Shown here: piece by piece, positions 1 to 8,070 of the stretch | Position numbering within the stretch: the first letter of the stretch is position 1 | How the letters are laid out: every line of letters starts with the position of its first letter | Assembly (NCBI GenBank): GCA_026415435.1 | Contig: JAOAHC010000045.1 | Span: 61,090-93,089, forward strand | DNA from: Clostridia bacterium | GTDB lineage: Bacteria > Bacillota > Clostridia > TANB77 > CAG-465 | Direction of reading: 5' to 3' | DNA length: 32,000 nucleotides | The notes under the pieces: model-generated | What the model saw: the letters and a program-made list of their open reading frames with translations, nothing else | Databases searched by the model: none | Told to the model about the DNA's origin: nothing | Position numbers and translations under genes: made by a program

Positions 1-174
1 ATCTAATTTGCCGTTGGAATATTTAAAAAATCTTGTTATGTAGTATCTGTAGTCATTTATTGTTCTATCTGTTAAACAAAAAGACCTTTTGTAAGATATG
101 AAATCATCAACTAAATCATTAAAATCATTATATATAAAAATATTTTCAATATTGTTTACTCTTGTATTAGGCAT
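1..174 (-). CDS. tyrosine recombinase / phage-type integrase, N-terminal 58 codons only (gene runs off the left edge)
   Basis: Not in the ORF track because it is under 60 aa in this window. Reverse-strand ATG at 174-172 lies 7 nt after GGGGGTGAG (revcomp of 182-190). Translation is MPNTRVNNIENIFIYNDFNDLVDDFISYKRSFCLTDRTINDYRYYITRFFKYSNGKLD with no stop to position 1. The F-x-x-Y...S-x-x-T-x-x-x-Y-x-x-x-I-x-x-F pattern resembles the SAM-like N-terminal domain of tyrosine recombinases. Confidence 0.55.
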   Translation of the reverse strand, partial: MPNTRVNNIENIFIYNDFNDLVDDFISYKRSFCLTDRTINDYRYYITRFFKYSNGKLD

Positions 175-255
175 AAAAAATCTCACCCCCTTGTTATTGG
201 ATTTTCCAATACAAAGGAAGTGATAATATCTATCGTTATAAAATTCAAAATTCAT

Positions 256-299
256 CAAAACTTAGAAGGTTGCTGCTCTATCAACTGAGTTACGGAAGC
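256..299 (-). pseudogene. truncated tRNA-Arg(UCU): 5' half only, no T-arm or 3' acceptor strand
   Basis: The reverse complement reads GCTTCCG-TA-ACTC-AGTTGATA-GAGC-A-GCAAC-CTTCTAA-GTTTTG. This gives an acceptor 5' strand, a D-arm (with an A10/C25 mismatch), an anticodon stem 5' strand and a loop with TCT at positions 34-36. Downstream sequence does not complete the anticodon stem, and no GTTCGAATC-type T-loop follows. Confidence 0.5.
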
Positions 300-309
300 A
301 TAAACAGCA

Positions 310-668
310 TTAATTAAGATAATTTAATAATTTGTCTATCATATCTTTACTATCAGTATATTCAATAAATGTGTTTGATACTGTCATTAAAGATTTCCCT
401 ACTTTTTCCCCTTTTTTATATATACAAATTATAGGAACGTTTGAAATATTAGCCCAGCCAAGCCTATTCCAAGTCCCGTAGATGGTTCAGAAACTTCTGC
501 TAAAATATAATCAAATTGCTCATAAAATTTATAGGTATTATAAGATTATTGTCCGTTCTTATGCGGAAATATAAACGTATAGTTTTTGAGTTTTTCACAT
601 TTTTCTAGTGGTTCATATAAATTATTTATATAGTCAAAATTTTTAGAATGTGCAACATAAATTTTCAT
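310..668 (-). pseudogene. disrupted nucleoside 2-deoxyribosyltransferase-like gene (one in-frame TAA and one frameshift)
   Basis: Reverse-strand ATG at 668-666 follows TGAGGT. Segment 1 reads MKIYVAHSKNFDYINNLYEPLEKCEKLKNYTFIFPHKNGQ*. The same frame continues SYNTYKFYEQFDYILAEVSEPSTGLGIGLAG. After a 1-nt shift near GGCTTGGCTGGGCT it reads ANISNVPIICIYKKGEKVGKSLMTVSNTFIEYTDSKDMIDKLLNYLN*. The joined product has the MKIY-AHS...AEVS-PS-G-G-E/I-G-A...PII layout of that family. The ORF track shows no intact ORF here. Confidence 0.55.
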
Positions 669-910
669 AAAATAACCTCAATCTTTTTATTAAATATTTA
701 ATTTTTATTTTGATATTATATCATATATATTATATTTGTGGGTTTCAATCAATAAGGTATAGAATAAATCTTTATTATAATATCCAATACTTTTGTAGTA
801 ATCAAAACTGTGTATAAAATAGTTAAAATATAAATGTTAAATAAATACAATATAATTTAAATTTGCATAATTAGGTATTAATAAGTAAATATTAATATTA
901 GGTGATTTGC

Positions 911-2440
911 TTGAGTTTAAATACTAATAAACAGATTTCAAAAAACAAAAAAGAAAAAAACAATAATTCTTCAAATATTAAATTAGAACTTAATACTAGT
1001 AATATTAAACAACTACTAGGAAATAGTGAAGATATAAAATATAGAGAAATAGTATTAAATAGTGATAAAAAGATATCTGTTACTTTAATATATATAGATG
1101 GATTAGTAAATTCTTCTGATATAAGTAACTATGTTATAAAACCACTAATTCAAGAAGAGTGTATAAAAAATGCTGAAGATTCCAATGAAGTAATAGAATT
1201 AATAAAAGACGGAGTATTATACTACTCAGCTCAAACTATTGAATATGATATTAATAATGTAATAAGTGGCATTATGTCAGGAAGCTCTGCGCTTGTATTT
1301 GATGATCAAAATATTTCTGTTGTATTTGACGCAAAGAGTTTTGATAAAAGGCAGATATCTGAGCCAACTGTACAAAATGCTACTAAAGGTGCAAAAGACT
1401 GCTTTGTAGAAAACTATAGAAGCAACACAGCAACTTTGAGAAGAAAAATAAAGACAGCGGACCTTACAATTGAAAATATTGTTATAGGCAAACAAACCAA
1501 GACTACAGTAGCTATTGTATATATAAAAAGTATAACTAATGATCAAATGATAAGAGAAGTTAAAGATAGATTAACTCATATTAATACAGATAACGTACTT
1601 AGCACACAAGTAATAGAAGAATCTTTATGTGAAAATTTAAACAATCCTTTTCCTCAAGTTATCTGTACAGAAAGACCTGATACTTTTGCTGGAGAAGTAA
1701 TTGAGGGAAGAGTTGGTGTGCTTGCAGATGGTATACCTTTTGGATTTATTGTTCCAGGAACTATGGTTCAAGTAATGCAAGCATCAGAAGATTATTCCCA
1801 TAATTATATGGTTTCTACAATCATAAGAATAACGAGATATTTATCTTTAATACTAGCGTTAACACTTCCATCGTTATATATTGCAATAACTACATTTCAG
1901 CCTGAGATGATACCGACAAATTTAGCTTTGTTTATAGCTAAATCTAGGGAAGGCGTAACCTTTCCAGTAGCTTTTGAAACAATATTAATGCTAATTGCTT
2001 TTGAAATACTATTTGAGGCGGGACAAAGAATACCTAAAACTGTCGGTCAAGCAGTTTCCATTGTAGGAACATTAGTAGTAGGTCAAGCAGCTGTTGAGGC
2101 AAAACTTATTTCCCCTGCTGCTGTAGTTGTTATAGCTGTTACTTCTATAGCATCCTTTGCTATGCCTAATCAAGACTTTAGTAATGCTGTAAGATTATGG
2201 AGAATGATATTTACAATATGTAGTAGCATTTTAGGACTATTAGGAATAGTAGCAGCAATAATTCTATTGGTTTTTCAACTTAGTAAACTAGAAACACTAG
2301 GTGTACCATATTTATCTCCATATGTTTCAGGCAGTGAAAAAGATATAATACATGACACAGTATTTAGGATGCCTATAAAATCAAATAAAATTAGGCCGCC
2401 AGACTTAAAAGTTAAGAATGTTAAAAGACGTGGTGATTAG
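911..2440 (+). CDS. spore germination receptor, GerA-family A subunit
   Basis: ORF-track 902..2440. Soluble N-terminal domain followed by a C-terminal multi-TM region (ITRYLSLILALTLPSLYIAITTFQPEMIPTNLALFIAKSREGVTFP...), typical of GerAA/GerKA/SpoVAF proteins. First gene of an A-C-B operon. TTG at 911 lies 5 nt after AGGTGA (900-905) and is more plausible than the GTG at 902. Confidence 0.9.
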   Translation: MSLNTNKQISKNKKEKNNNSSNIKLELNTSNIKQLLGNSEDIKYREIVLNSDKKISVTLIYIDGLVNSSDISNYVIKPLIQEECIKNAEDSNEVIELIKDGVLYYSAQTIEYDINNVISGIMSGSSALVFDDQNISVVFDAKSFDKRQISEPTVQNATKGAKDCFVENYRSNTATLRRKIKTADLTIENIVIGKQTKTTVAIVYIKSITNDQMIREVKDRLTHINTDNVLSTQVIEESLCENLNNPFPQVICTERPDTFAGEVIEGRVGVLADGIPFGFIVPGTMVQVMQASEDYSHNYMVSTIIRITRYLSLILALTLPSLYIAITTFQPEMIPTNLALFIAKSREGVTFPVAFETILMLIAFEILFEAGQRIPKTVGQAVSIVGTLVVGQAAVEAKLISPAAVVVIAVTSIASFAMPNQDFSNAVRLWRMIFTICSSILGLLGIVAAIILLVFQLSKLETLGVPYLSPYVSGSEKDIIHDTVFRMPIKSNKIRPPDLKVKNVKRRGD

Positions 2441-2442
2441 TT

Positions 2443-3702
2443 ATGAATAAGCAAAAAATTTTAAATATAATTTTAGGTGTATCTGCTGTAATATTTATAC
2501 TGGGCTTAATAGATTTTAAAAGTCCAATAGCAACCCCTGGTGATATAGAAAAAAACTTTTTTATACTTGCTGTTGCAATTGATAAGTCTGAAAAAGATCC
2601 TCAAAATTATAAATTAACAATAATATCTGAAAAATTTGGAGAGAGTGGCTCTAGTGGTTCTTCGGGACAGTCTAAATCAGCAGATATAGCTAGCTCAGAA
2701 GGAAAAACAATTCTTGAAGCTGTTAGAAATTTTAATTCTTTCCATAGTAAAAAACTATTTTGGGGCCATATAAAATATATAATAGTTAATGAGGAAATTG
2801 CAAAGAAAAACATACTTAATGTTTTAGATTTTTTCGTTAGGGATCATGAATTAAGATTTGATACCTCTGTGCTGATATCAAAGGATACGTCTGCAAAATC
2901 TATTTTGGAAGCAGGAGAAAAGAATAAAGAGTTTATACCAGATACTTTAAAAAGTATAATGGGAAATATAAATAGAATATCTATATCTAAAAAAATGACC
3001 TTGTCAGATGTTATGGAAGGATTTGATGATAGGTATTCTGATCAATGTATACCATATGTTAAAATAGTTCAAAATGAAGGTAATTCAGGTGAGGGTAATT
3101 CAGGTGAAGGAAAAGATAGTAAAGGAGAGCAGAGTAACAGTTCCAAGGAACATATTGACATCGTTGTTGATGGGGTTGCTGTATTTAATAATGAAAAATT
3201 AATAGGATATCTATCACAAAATATGTCAAGAGGAGTGAATTGGGTAAACAATGAAGTTGATTCAAGTACGATTATAGTTAAAGATAAATTTGATTCATAT
3301 GTTTCTTTAGAAGTAATTAATGCCAGTTCTTCAATAAAAATAGCATTAAACAATAATGTGCCAGAAGCAACTATAGCTATAAAATTTGTTACTAATTTTG
3401 ATGAGCAAATGTCACAAAAAGATATATATCATGAGGAGATTTTAGGTGATATTACAGAAAGGCAGACAGAACTTGTAAAAAAAGAGATTGAAAATGTAGT
3501 AGAATATGCTCAAAAAAATGATATAGATATTTTTAATATAAGTAATAAAGTATTTCATAAATATCCATTAAAATGGGAAAAGATTAAAGATAATTGGGAT
3601 GAAATATTTAAAACAATGAAGATAAATGTTAAAGTTGAATCAAACATTAACAGAAGCTATCACGTAAGGCAAGGAATCAGAAATGAAGGTGGAGGTAAAT
3701 AA
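2443..3702 (+). CDS. spore germination receptor, Ger(x)C-family C subunit
   Basis: The ATG lies 3 nt after the A-subunit stop. GerAC-like hallmarks are FILAVAIDKSE near the N-terminus, ...GHIKYIIVNEEIAKK...LDFFVRDHELR..., and C-terminal ...INVKVESNINRSYHV. The N-terminal hydrophobic segment has no lipobox cysteine. Confidence 0.85.
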   Translation: MNKQKILNIILGVSAVIFILGLIDFKSPIATPGDIEKNFFILAVAIDKSEKDPQNYKLTIISEKFGESGSSGSSGQSKSADIASSEGKTILEAVRNFNSFHSKKLFWGHIKYIIVNEEIAKKNILNVLDFFVRDHELRFDTSVLISKDTSAKSILEAGEKNKEFIPDTLKSIMGNINRISISKKMTLSDVMEGFDDRYSDQCIPYVKIVQNEGNSGEGNSGEGKDSKGEQSNSSKEHIDIVVDGVAVFNNEKLIGYLSQNMSRGVNWVNNEVDSSTIIVKDKFDSYVSLEVINASSSIKIALNNNVPEATIAIKFVTNFDEQMSQKDIYHEEILGDITERQTELVKKEIENVVEYAQKNDIDIFNISNKVFHKYPLKWEKIKDNWDEIFKTMKINVKVESNINRSYHVRQGIRNEGGGK

Positions 3703-3911
3703 TGATACATTTTTTAATATTTGTTTTAGTACTAAGTATAGTTCAAATATATTGGATTATTAAAAACGATAAAGAAACAAAAAAACTAAGCATTATTATT
3801 TATTGTAGTATGGCAATTGTAGCAATAATTTTAGGTCTATATTATTATCAATATAGACCAACTAGTAGTATTGCCTCCTATATATTTAAAATTTTAAAGA
3901 TACAGTATTAG
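3702..3911 (+). CDS. small two-TM membrane protein inside the ger operon (possible germinant-receptor D-subunit-like protein)
   Basis: The ATG overlaps the GerC stop (TAATG) and follows GGTGGAGG. The 69-aa product has two hydrophobic helices (FLIFVLVLSIVQIYWII; IIIYCSMAIVAIILGLYYY). It sits between the C and B subunits. Confidence 0.5.
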   Translation: MIHFLIFVLVLSIVQIYWIIKNDKETKKLSIIIYCSMAIVAIILGLYYYQYRPTSSIASYIFKILKIQY

Positions 3912-3923
3912 GTGAGGTATGGT

Positions 3924-5012
3924 ATGAATATTGATCAAGGAAAGATTTCTTTAAGGCAAGCAATGCTACTTTTTGTAGTACTGTTTTGTGCTCCAGCTAT
4001 AAGATACATACCAATTTTTACTGCGACACAAGCAAAAACTGCTGCCTGGCTTTGCCCAGTAACTGCACTAATATTAGAGATGGTATATGTAATAGTCCTA
4101 TCTAAATTTCTTAAGAAGTATCAAGATAAATCCTATGTAGATATAATAAAAGATATATTAGGGAAATTTTTTGGAAAAGTTGTATGCATAATGTATTTTT
4201 TATGGATAACCTTGCTGGTATCCTATAATGTAAGAATGTATGGAGAGAGAATAGTTGCAACCGCCATGCCAAATGTGAGTATTATTATAATTATCTTAGC
4301 TATGTTATTGATAGTTACATATGTAGTAAGAGAAGGAATAGTACCATTATCCAGAATGAATGAAATTTTTTATATAGTACTAGCCATAATATTTATACTG
4401 TGTAATATACTTATAATACCAAATCTTGATTTTAATAATTTATTTCCAATTACATATAAGGATGCTTTTCCTATATTTAAAGGTGGTTTGGGAATTCTAG
4501 CAATATTTGCATATAGTGTAATAATATTTCTTTTCAATGACAGGATAAATAGTAGGGACGGATTTAAAAGTACAAGTATAAAAGTTCTAATTACATTAAT
4601 AATAGTATCTTCTTTGGTTATAATAGTACCTCTATGCGTATTTGGATGGTCTATATTAACTAAGATGCCTATTCCATATTTAAGTACCATGATGGAGATA
4701 TCATTATTTGACTTTATAGAAAGAATTGAAGCTGGTATAATTGTATTTTGGATTTTGACTGATTTTATTTTGATTTCAGTATTTACGTATACCGCACTTC
4801 ATATGATAAAGGTAGGATTAAAAGTATCAAATACAACTCCATTTCTAATAATATATGTTTTAATAATTTTTTTCCTTTCCTTGTGTATGGCAAAATCTGT
4901 TTTGGAGTTGACTATTCTTTCGGAAAGAATACTTACGCAAATGAATATAGTAATGGGATATGCTTTACCAATATTAATATTTGTAATAGGGAAAATACGA
5001 AAAAAGCTATAG
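3924..5012 (+). CDS. spore germination receptor, GerAB-family B subunit (APC-superfamily-like permease)
   Basis: ORF-track 3912..5012. Polytopic protein with about 10 hydrophobic helices. The N-terminal KISLRQAMLLFVVLF motif is typical of GerAB/GerKB. ATG at 3924 follows AGGTGAGG; the GTG at 3912 is an alternative start. Confidence 0.85.
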   Translation: MNIDQGKISLRQAMLLFVVLFCAPAIRYIPIFTATQAKTAAWLCPVTALILEMVYVIVLSKFLKKYQDKSYVDIIKDILGKFFGKVVCIMYFLWITLLVSYNVRMYGERIVATAMPNVSIIIIILAMLLIVTYVVREGIVPLSRMNEIFYIVLAIIFILCNILIIPNLDFNNLFPITYKDAFPIFKGGLGILAIFAYSVIIFLFNDRINSRDGFKSTSIKVLITLIIVSSLVIIVPLCVFGWSILTKMPIPYLSTMMEISLFDFIERIEAGIIVFWILTDFILISVFTYTALHMIKVGLKVSNTTPFLIIYVLIIFFLSLCMAKSVLELTILSERILTQMNIVMGYALPILIFVIGKIRKKL

Positions 5013-5105
5013 ACTAAAATATTTAGATAATAATAGTGCTTTAATAAATTCATAAAATCCTTATGCCTTCATATATTGGTTTTATAAGGAAGGAATGATT
5101 TAAAT

Positions 5106-5753
5106 ATGCCTAATTATTATAAAAAATATCAAAATCCAAACAATTTAAATACGTATGTGCAAGGAGCAGAAAACATGTATACACCATACAATATTTGCCC
5201 TTATTGCAATGTTTCTCATGCATATTTACCAGAACAATTAATGTCATATATAAATAGGGCTAACATGTATATTAATGATATAAATTATGACCCTAGATTT
5301 ATAAATGCACCTATGGTTAAAAATTCTGGAATTATTAATATAAAAGACCATGGGCCAGAACCTTACGTTGTTAATATAAATGAGGCAACTTTACAAAACT
5401 CAAACTATAGAACTGTTTTGTGGACTGGATCACATTTACAAGTTACATTAATGAGTATAAATCCAGGAGAAGATATAGGATTAGAGATTCATCCAGACAC
5501 AGATCAATTTTTAAGAATTGAAGACGGTCATGGACTTGTAAAAATGGGAGATACTAAGGATAAATTAGATTTTCAAGAAAATGTATATGATGAATTTGCA
5601 ATATTAATACCTGCTGGTAAGTGGCATAATGTTATAAATGTAGGACATAAACCATTAAAAATATATTCAATATATGCACCTCCACATCATCCACATGGCG
5701 CAGTACACCAGACTAAGTCAATAGCTCAAATACAAGAAGCAAATCTTCATTAA
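5106..5753 (+). CDS. cupin-domain protein
   Basis: The C-terminal half carries cupin motifs G-x5-H-x-D (GEDIGLEIHPDTDQFLRIEDG) and G-x-W-H-N (PAGKWHNVINVG). RBS GGAAGGAA lies upstream. Confidence 0.7.
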   Translation: MPNYYKKYQNPNNLNTYVQGAENMYTPYNICPYCNVSHAYLPEQLMSYINRANMYINDINYDPRFINAPMVKNSGIINIKDHGPEPYVVNINEATLQNSNYRTVLWTGSHLQVTLMSINPGEDIGLEIHPDTDQFLRIEDGHGLVKMGDTKDKLDFQENVYDEFAILIPAGKWHNVINVGHKPLKIYSIYAPPHHPHGAVHQTKSIAQIQEANLH

Positions 5754-5890
5754 TTAATAAGTAAATATAGTAACTGTATACGTTTGTAACACAAATGTAA
5801 TTAAAATGATTTGTTATTGTGATTGTATTTTCTAAAAAATTATGTATAATATTAAGTATAAAACAACTAATGAAAAAAGGAGAGGTATAT

Positions 5891-6127
5891 ATGGATAATT
5901 TTTGGAAAAATGAGTGGGAACTTTTTAAATGTGATCTTAAAGCAGTTGCTGATTTTTTAACACAACCGGTTACTTTTGGTAATGAAAGTTTAATGTTAAA
6001 ACCAACAGTAGAAGAAGTATCACAAAGAAGTGAAGAATCTGGTTTTTGGAAAAAACAATGGGAAATGTTCGCACAAGAATATGATACATTTTTAAATTAT
6101 GTAACAAAACCAATTGAATTTAAATAG
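5891..6127 (+). CDS. hypothetical 78-aa protein built from two copies of a roughly 30-aa repeat
   Basis: ORF-track 5819..6127. The internal ATG at 5891 follows AAAGGAGAGG at good spacing, with TGTATAAT upstream. Repeat 1 is DNFWKNEWELFKCDLKAVADFLTQPVTF and repeat 2 is SGFWKKQWEMFAQEYDTFLNYVTKPIEF. Confidence 0.5.
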   Translation: MDNFWKNEWELFKCDLKAVADFLTQPVTFGNESLMLKPTVEEVSQRSEESGFWKKQWEMFAQEYDTFLNYVTKPIEFK

Positions 6128-6151
6128 AAATTAAGATAGAATATAAAATAT

Positions 6152-6188
6152 GGCGGGATAGGAATATCGCGCCTTTTTTTATTTTTTT
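6152..6188 (+). terminator. rho-independent terminator
   Basis: GGCGGGATA-GGAA-TATCGCGCC hairpin (8 of 9 bp) followed by TTTTTTTATTTTTTT. Confidence 0.8.
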
Positions 6189-6199
6189 AATAGATTTGG

Positions 6200-6228
6200 T
6201 TGAATTTTGTGAGAAACTAAGGTATAAT
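6200..6228 (+). promoter_or_regulatory. sigma-A-type promoter for tRNA-Arg
   Basis: TTGAAT-N17-TATAAT, ending about 10 nt upstream of the tRNA 5' end. Confidence 0.6.
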
Positions 6229-6238
6229 AACTATTAAT

Positions 6239-6315
<77 letters not shown>

Positions 6316-6346
6316 AAAACTAGTATTTTAAAATACTAGTTTTTTT
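6316..6346 (+). terminator. rho-independent terminator after tRNA-Arg
   Basis: Perfect palindrome AAAAACTAGTATTTT/AAAATACTAGTTTTT followed by a T-run. Confidence 0.8.
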
Positions 6347-6401
6347 GTAATATACTTAAGTATATATGAGTATAATATATATGAGTATAAGGAGGATATT
6401 T

Positions 6402-7004
6402 ATGTATATTAAACCACCACTTCCATATAAGTATGACGCATTACTTCCATATTATAGTGAACAAACATTAGAAATACATGAGAAATTACATCAAGGATAT
6501 GTAGATAACTATAACTCTACTATATCTAAGTTGCAATTAATGAGACAAAACAACGATTTTACAGGAATTAAAAGCATAGAGAAAGATCTAGCTTTCTTTG
6601 GTTCGGGTGCAGTATTACATACGCTGTTTTTTGAGAATCTAAGACCCTCTCAACCAGAAAATATTTCAAATGAACTTAATGAACTGTTTAATAATGAATT
6701 TGGAGGATTTGCTAAGTTTAAGAAGGAGTTTTCTACAGCTGCTACAACCATTGAAGGTAATGGTTGGGCAATTCTAGGATGGCATCCTATTTTAAAAAAG
6801 TTTCTAATACTTACAGCAGAGAACCATCAAAATCTCACTATATGGGACTACGATCCTATTTTAGTCATTGATGTATGGGAACATTCATATTTTTTACAAT
6901 ATCTTAATATGAAAGCAAAATACATAGATAGTATATGGAATATAATAAATTGGGAAATAGTAAATAATAGATTAAGTAAAATAAAGGATAGATACAGATT
7001 GTAA
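6402..7004 (+). CDS. sodA: Fe/Mn-family superoxide dismutase
   Basis: ORF-track 6366..7004. ATG at 6402 follows AAGGAGGA. LPYKYDALLPYYSEQTLEIHEKLHQGYV and DVWEHSYFLQY match the SOD N- and C-terminal metal-ligand motifs (H...H and D-x-W-E-H). Confidence 0.9.
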   Translation: MYIKPPLPYKYDALLPYYSEQTLEIHEKLHQGYVDNYNSTISKLQLMRQNNDFTGIKSIEKDLAFFGSGAVLHTLFFENLRPSQPENISNELNELFNNEFGGFAKFKKEFSTAATTIEGNGWAILGWHPILKKFLILTAENHQNLTIWDYDPILVIDVWEHSYFLQYLNMKAKYIDSIWNIINWEIVNNRLSKIKDRYRL

Positions 7005-7138
7005 AATAAAAGCATATCAATATTTTTAAATTATCACCTTGTTTCTATAAGTATTTATAATGAATAACTAGTTTTTAATTGAAAGTATATTTGTTTTATG
7101 ATATAAGTATGTTAAATATAGGAAAGGTGATGGAAATA

Positions 7139-7951
7139 ATGGAAATTAAGTTAGATGTTTATATAACTGATTCTGAAATAAATATTAAGTTTGATGATAA
7201 TAAAAGTATTGTAAGAATATTAGATATAAATGATTTTACTTTTGATGAACAATCCTTATATTTTTTATTAAATAACGATAACGTGGAATATATAGGGCAA
7301 ATCAAGGATAATTATTCAAAAAAGATTAATAATTTTGATAAAGTTATTGCAATCTCAGTTCCTTCAGAGGTTGATTTAAAATATCTTGAGAATATTCTTG
7401 TAAAGGAAGCTCTTCAAAAAGGAATCACTTTAATTAATAAGGAAGATTTAATAGAAATTAATCTTTCAGAAAAACAAAGTGATCATATAAATGAATATAA
7501 AAATAAGATTTTATTTATTCTTAAAAATTTTGGATATGTTTTGTTTGAATTAAAAAATAATGATAAATCAGTAAATAAATCTCGCCCAGAAAAAGCAAGA
7601 CATAAATGGAGTAAGGAAATAAGTCAAATTAAATTCACTGCAAAATTAAGAGGCGGTGAAGGAGAAGTTATTTGGCAAAGTAAAGATAAGTTAGTATTAT
7701 TATCTGGAGCAAAATTAGTTGAAAATGCTCAGTTAAATAAAGATGGCACTGTAAACTACTCAGCTCAATTTGCACAGAAACTTAGATCTGATAATTCAGA
7801 TAAAATATCTAATAATGTTACGACAGAAGATATAATATTTCCTAGTCCAAACCAATTAGGAATTTTCCTATTTTTTGGAGGCCAAAATACATGGTCAGAA
7901 CTAAAAGATAGTAATGGTAAGACATTAGATGAGTGGAGTAGAGTTGATTAA
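7139..7951 (+). CDS. GIY-YIG-like N-terminal domain plus C-terminal DUF4357-type domain protein
   Basis: ORF-track 7079..7951. ATG at 7139 lies 8 nt after AAAGGTGA; 7130 is an alternative. The N-terminus has SLYFLLNNDNVEYIGQ...LKYLENILVKEALQKGITLIN, the layout of GIY-YIG/DUF4357 proteins, but the catalytic Arg/His are not obvious. The C-terminus reads LVLLSGAKLV...EDIIFPSPNQLGIFLFFGGQNTWSELKDSNGKTLDEW, matching the F-S-SPS-AA-x-x-x-G-x-x-x-N-G-x-x-x-W-K...G-K-T-L pattern of DUF4357. Confidence 0.6.
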   Translation: MEIKLDVYITDSEINIKFDDNKSIVRILDINDFTFDEQSLYFLLNNDNVEYIGQIKDNYSKKINNFDKVIAISVPSEVDLKYLENILVKEALQKGITLINKEDLIEINLSEKQSDHINEYKNKILFILKNFGYVLFELKNNDKSVNKSRPEKARHKWSKEISQIKFTAKLRGGEGEVIWQSKDKLVLLSGAKLVENAQLNKDGTVNYSAQFAQKLRSDNSDKISNNVTTEDIIFPSPNQLGIFLFFGGQNTWSELKDSNGKTLDEWSRVD

Positions 7952-7987
7952 TTATCAAATATGCAAATTGATTTAGTAAGTATATAT

Positions 7988-8025
7988 AAAAAATCAAGGT
8001 TATTAATGAAAAACCTTGATTTTTA
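7988..8025. terminator. bidirectional rho-independent terminator between convergent genes
   Basis: AATCAAGGTT-loop-AACCTTGATT hairpin with A-runs on the 5' side and T-runs on the 3' side. Confidence 0.75.
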
Positions 8026-8070
8026 TTGTGTTCAATTATATTTATGAGTTACTTGCCTACGTATTAAACT

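Noticed and set aside
865-894. GCATA-N18-AATATTA upstream of the ger operon, as a possible forespore sigma-G-type promoter.
   Set aside because: This is expected biologically for ger operons. The match is short and the region is almost pure A+T, so it could easily arise by chance. It is not reported as a feature.
3073-3111. Short direct DNA repeat (GGTAATTCAGGTGA(G/A)GG x2).
   Set aside because: It lies in-frame inside gerC and encodes the GNSGEG low-complexity insert. It is too short and too few in copies to be a CRISPR array or other repeat element.
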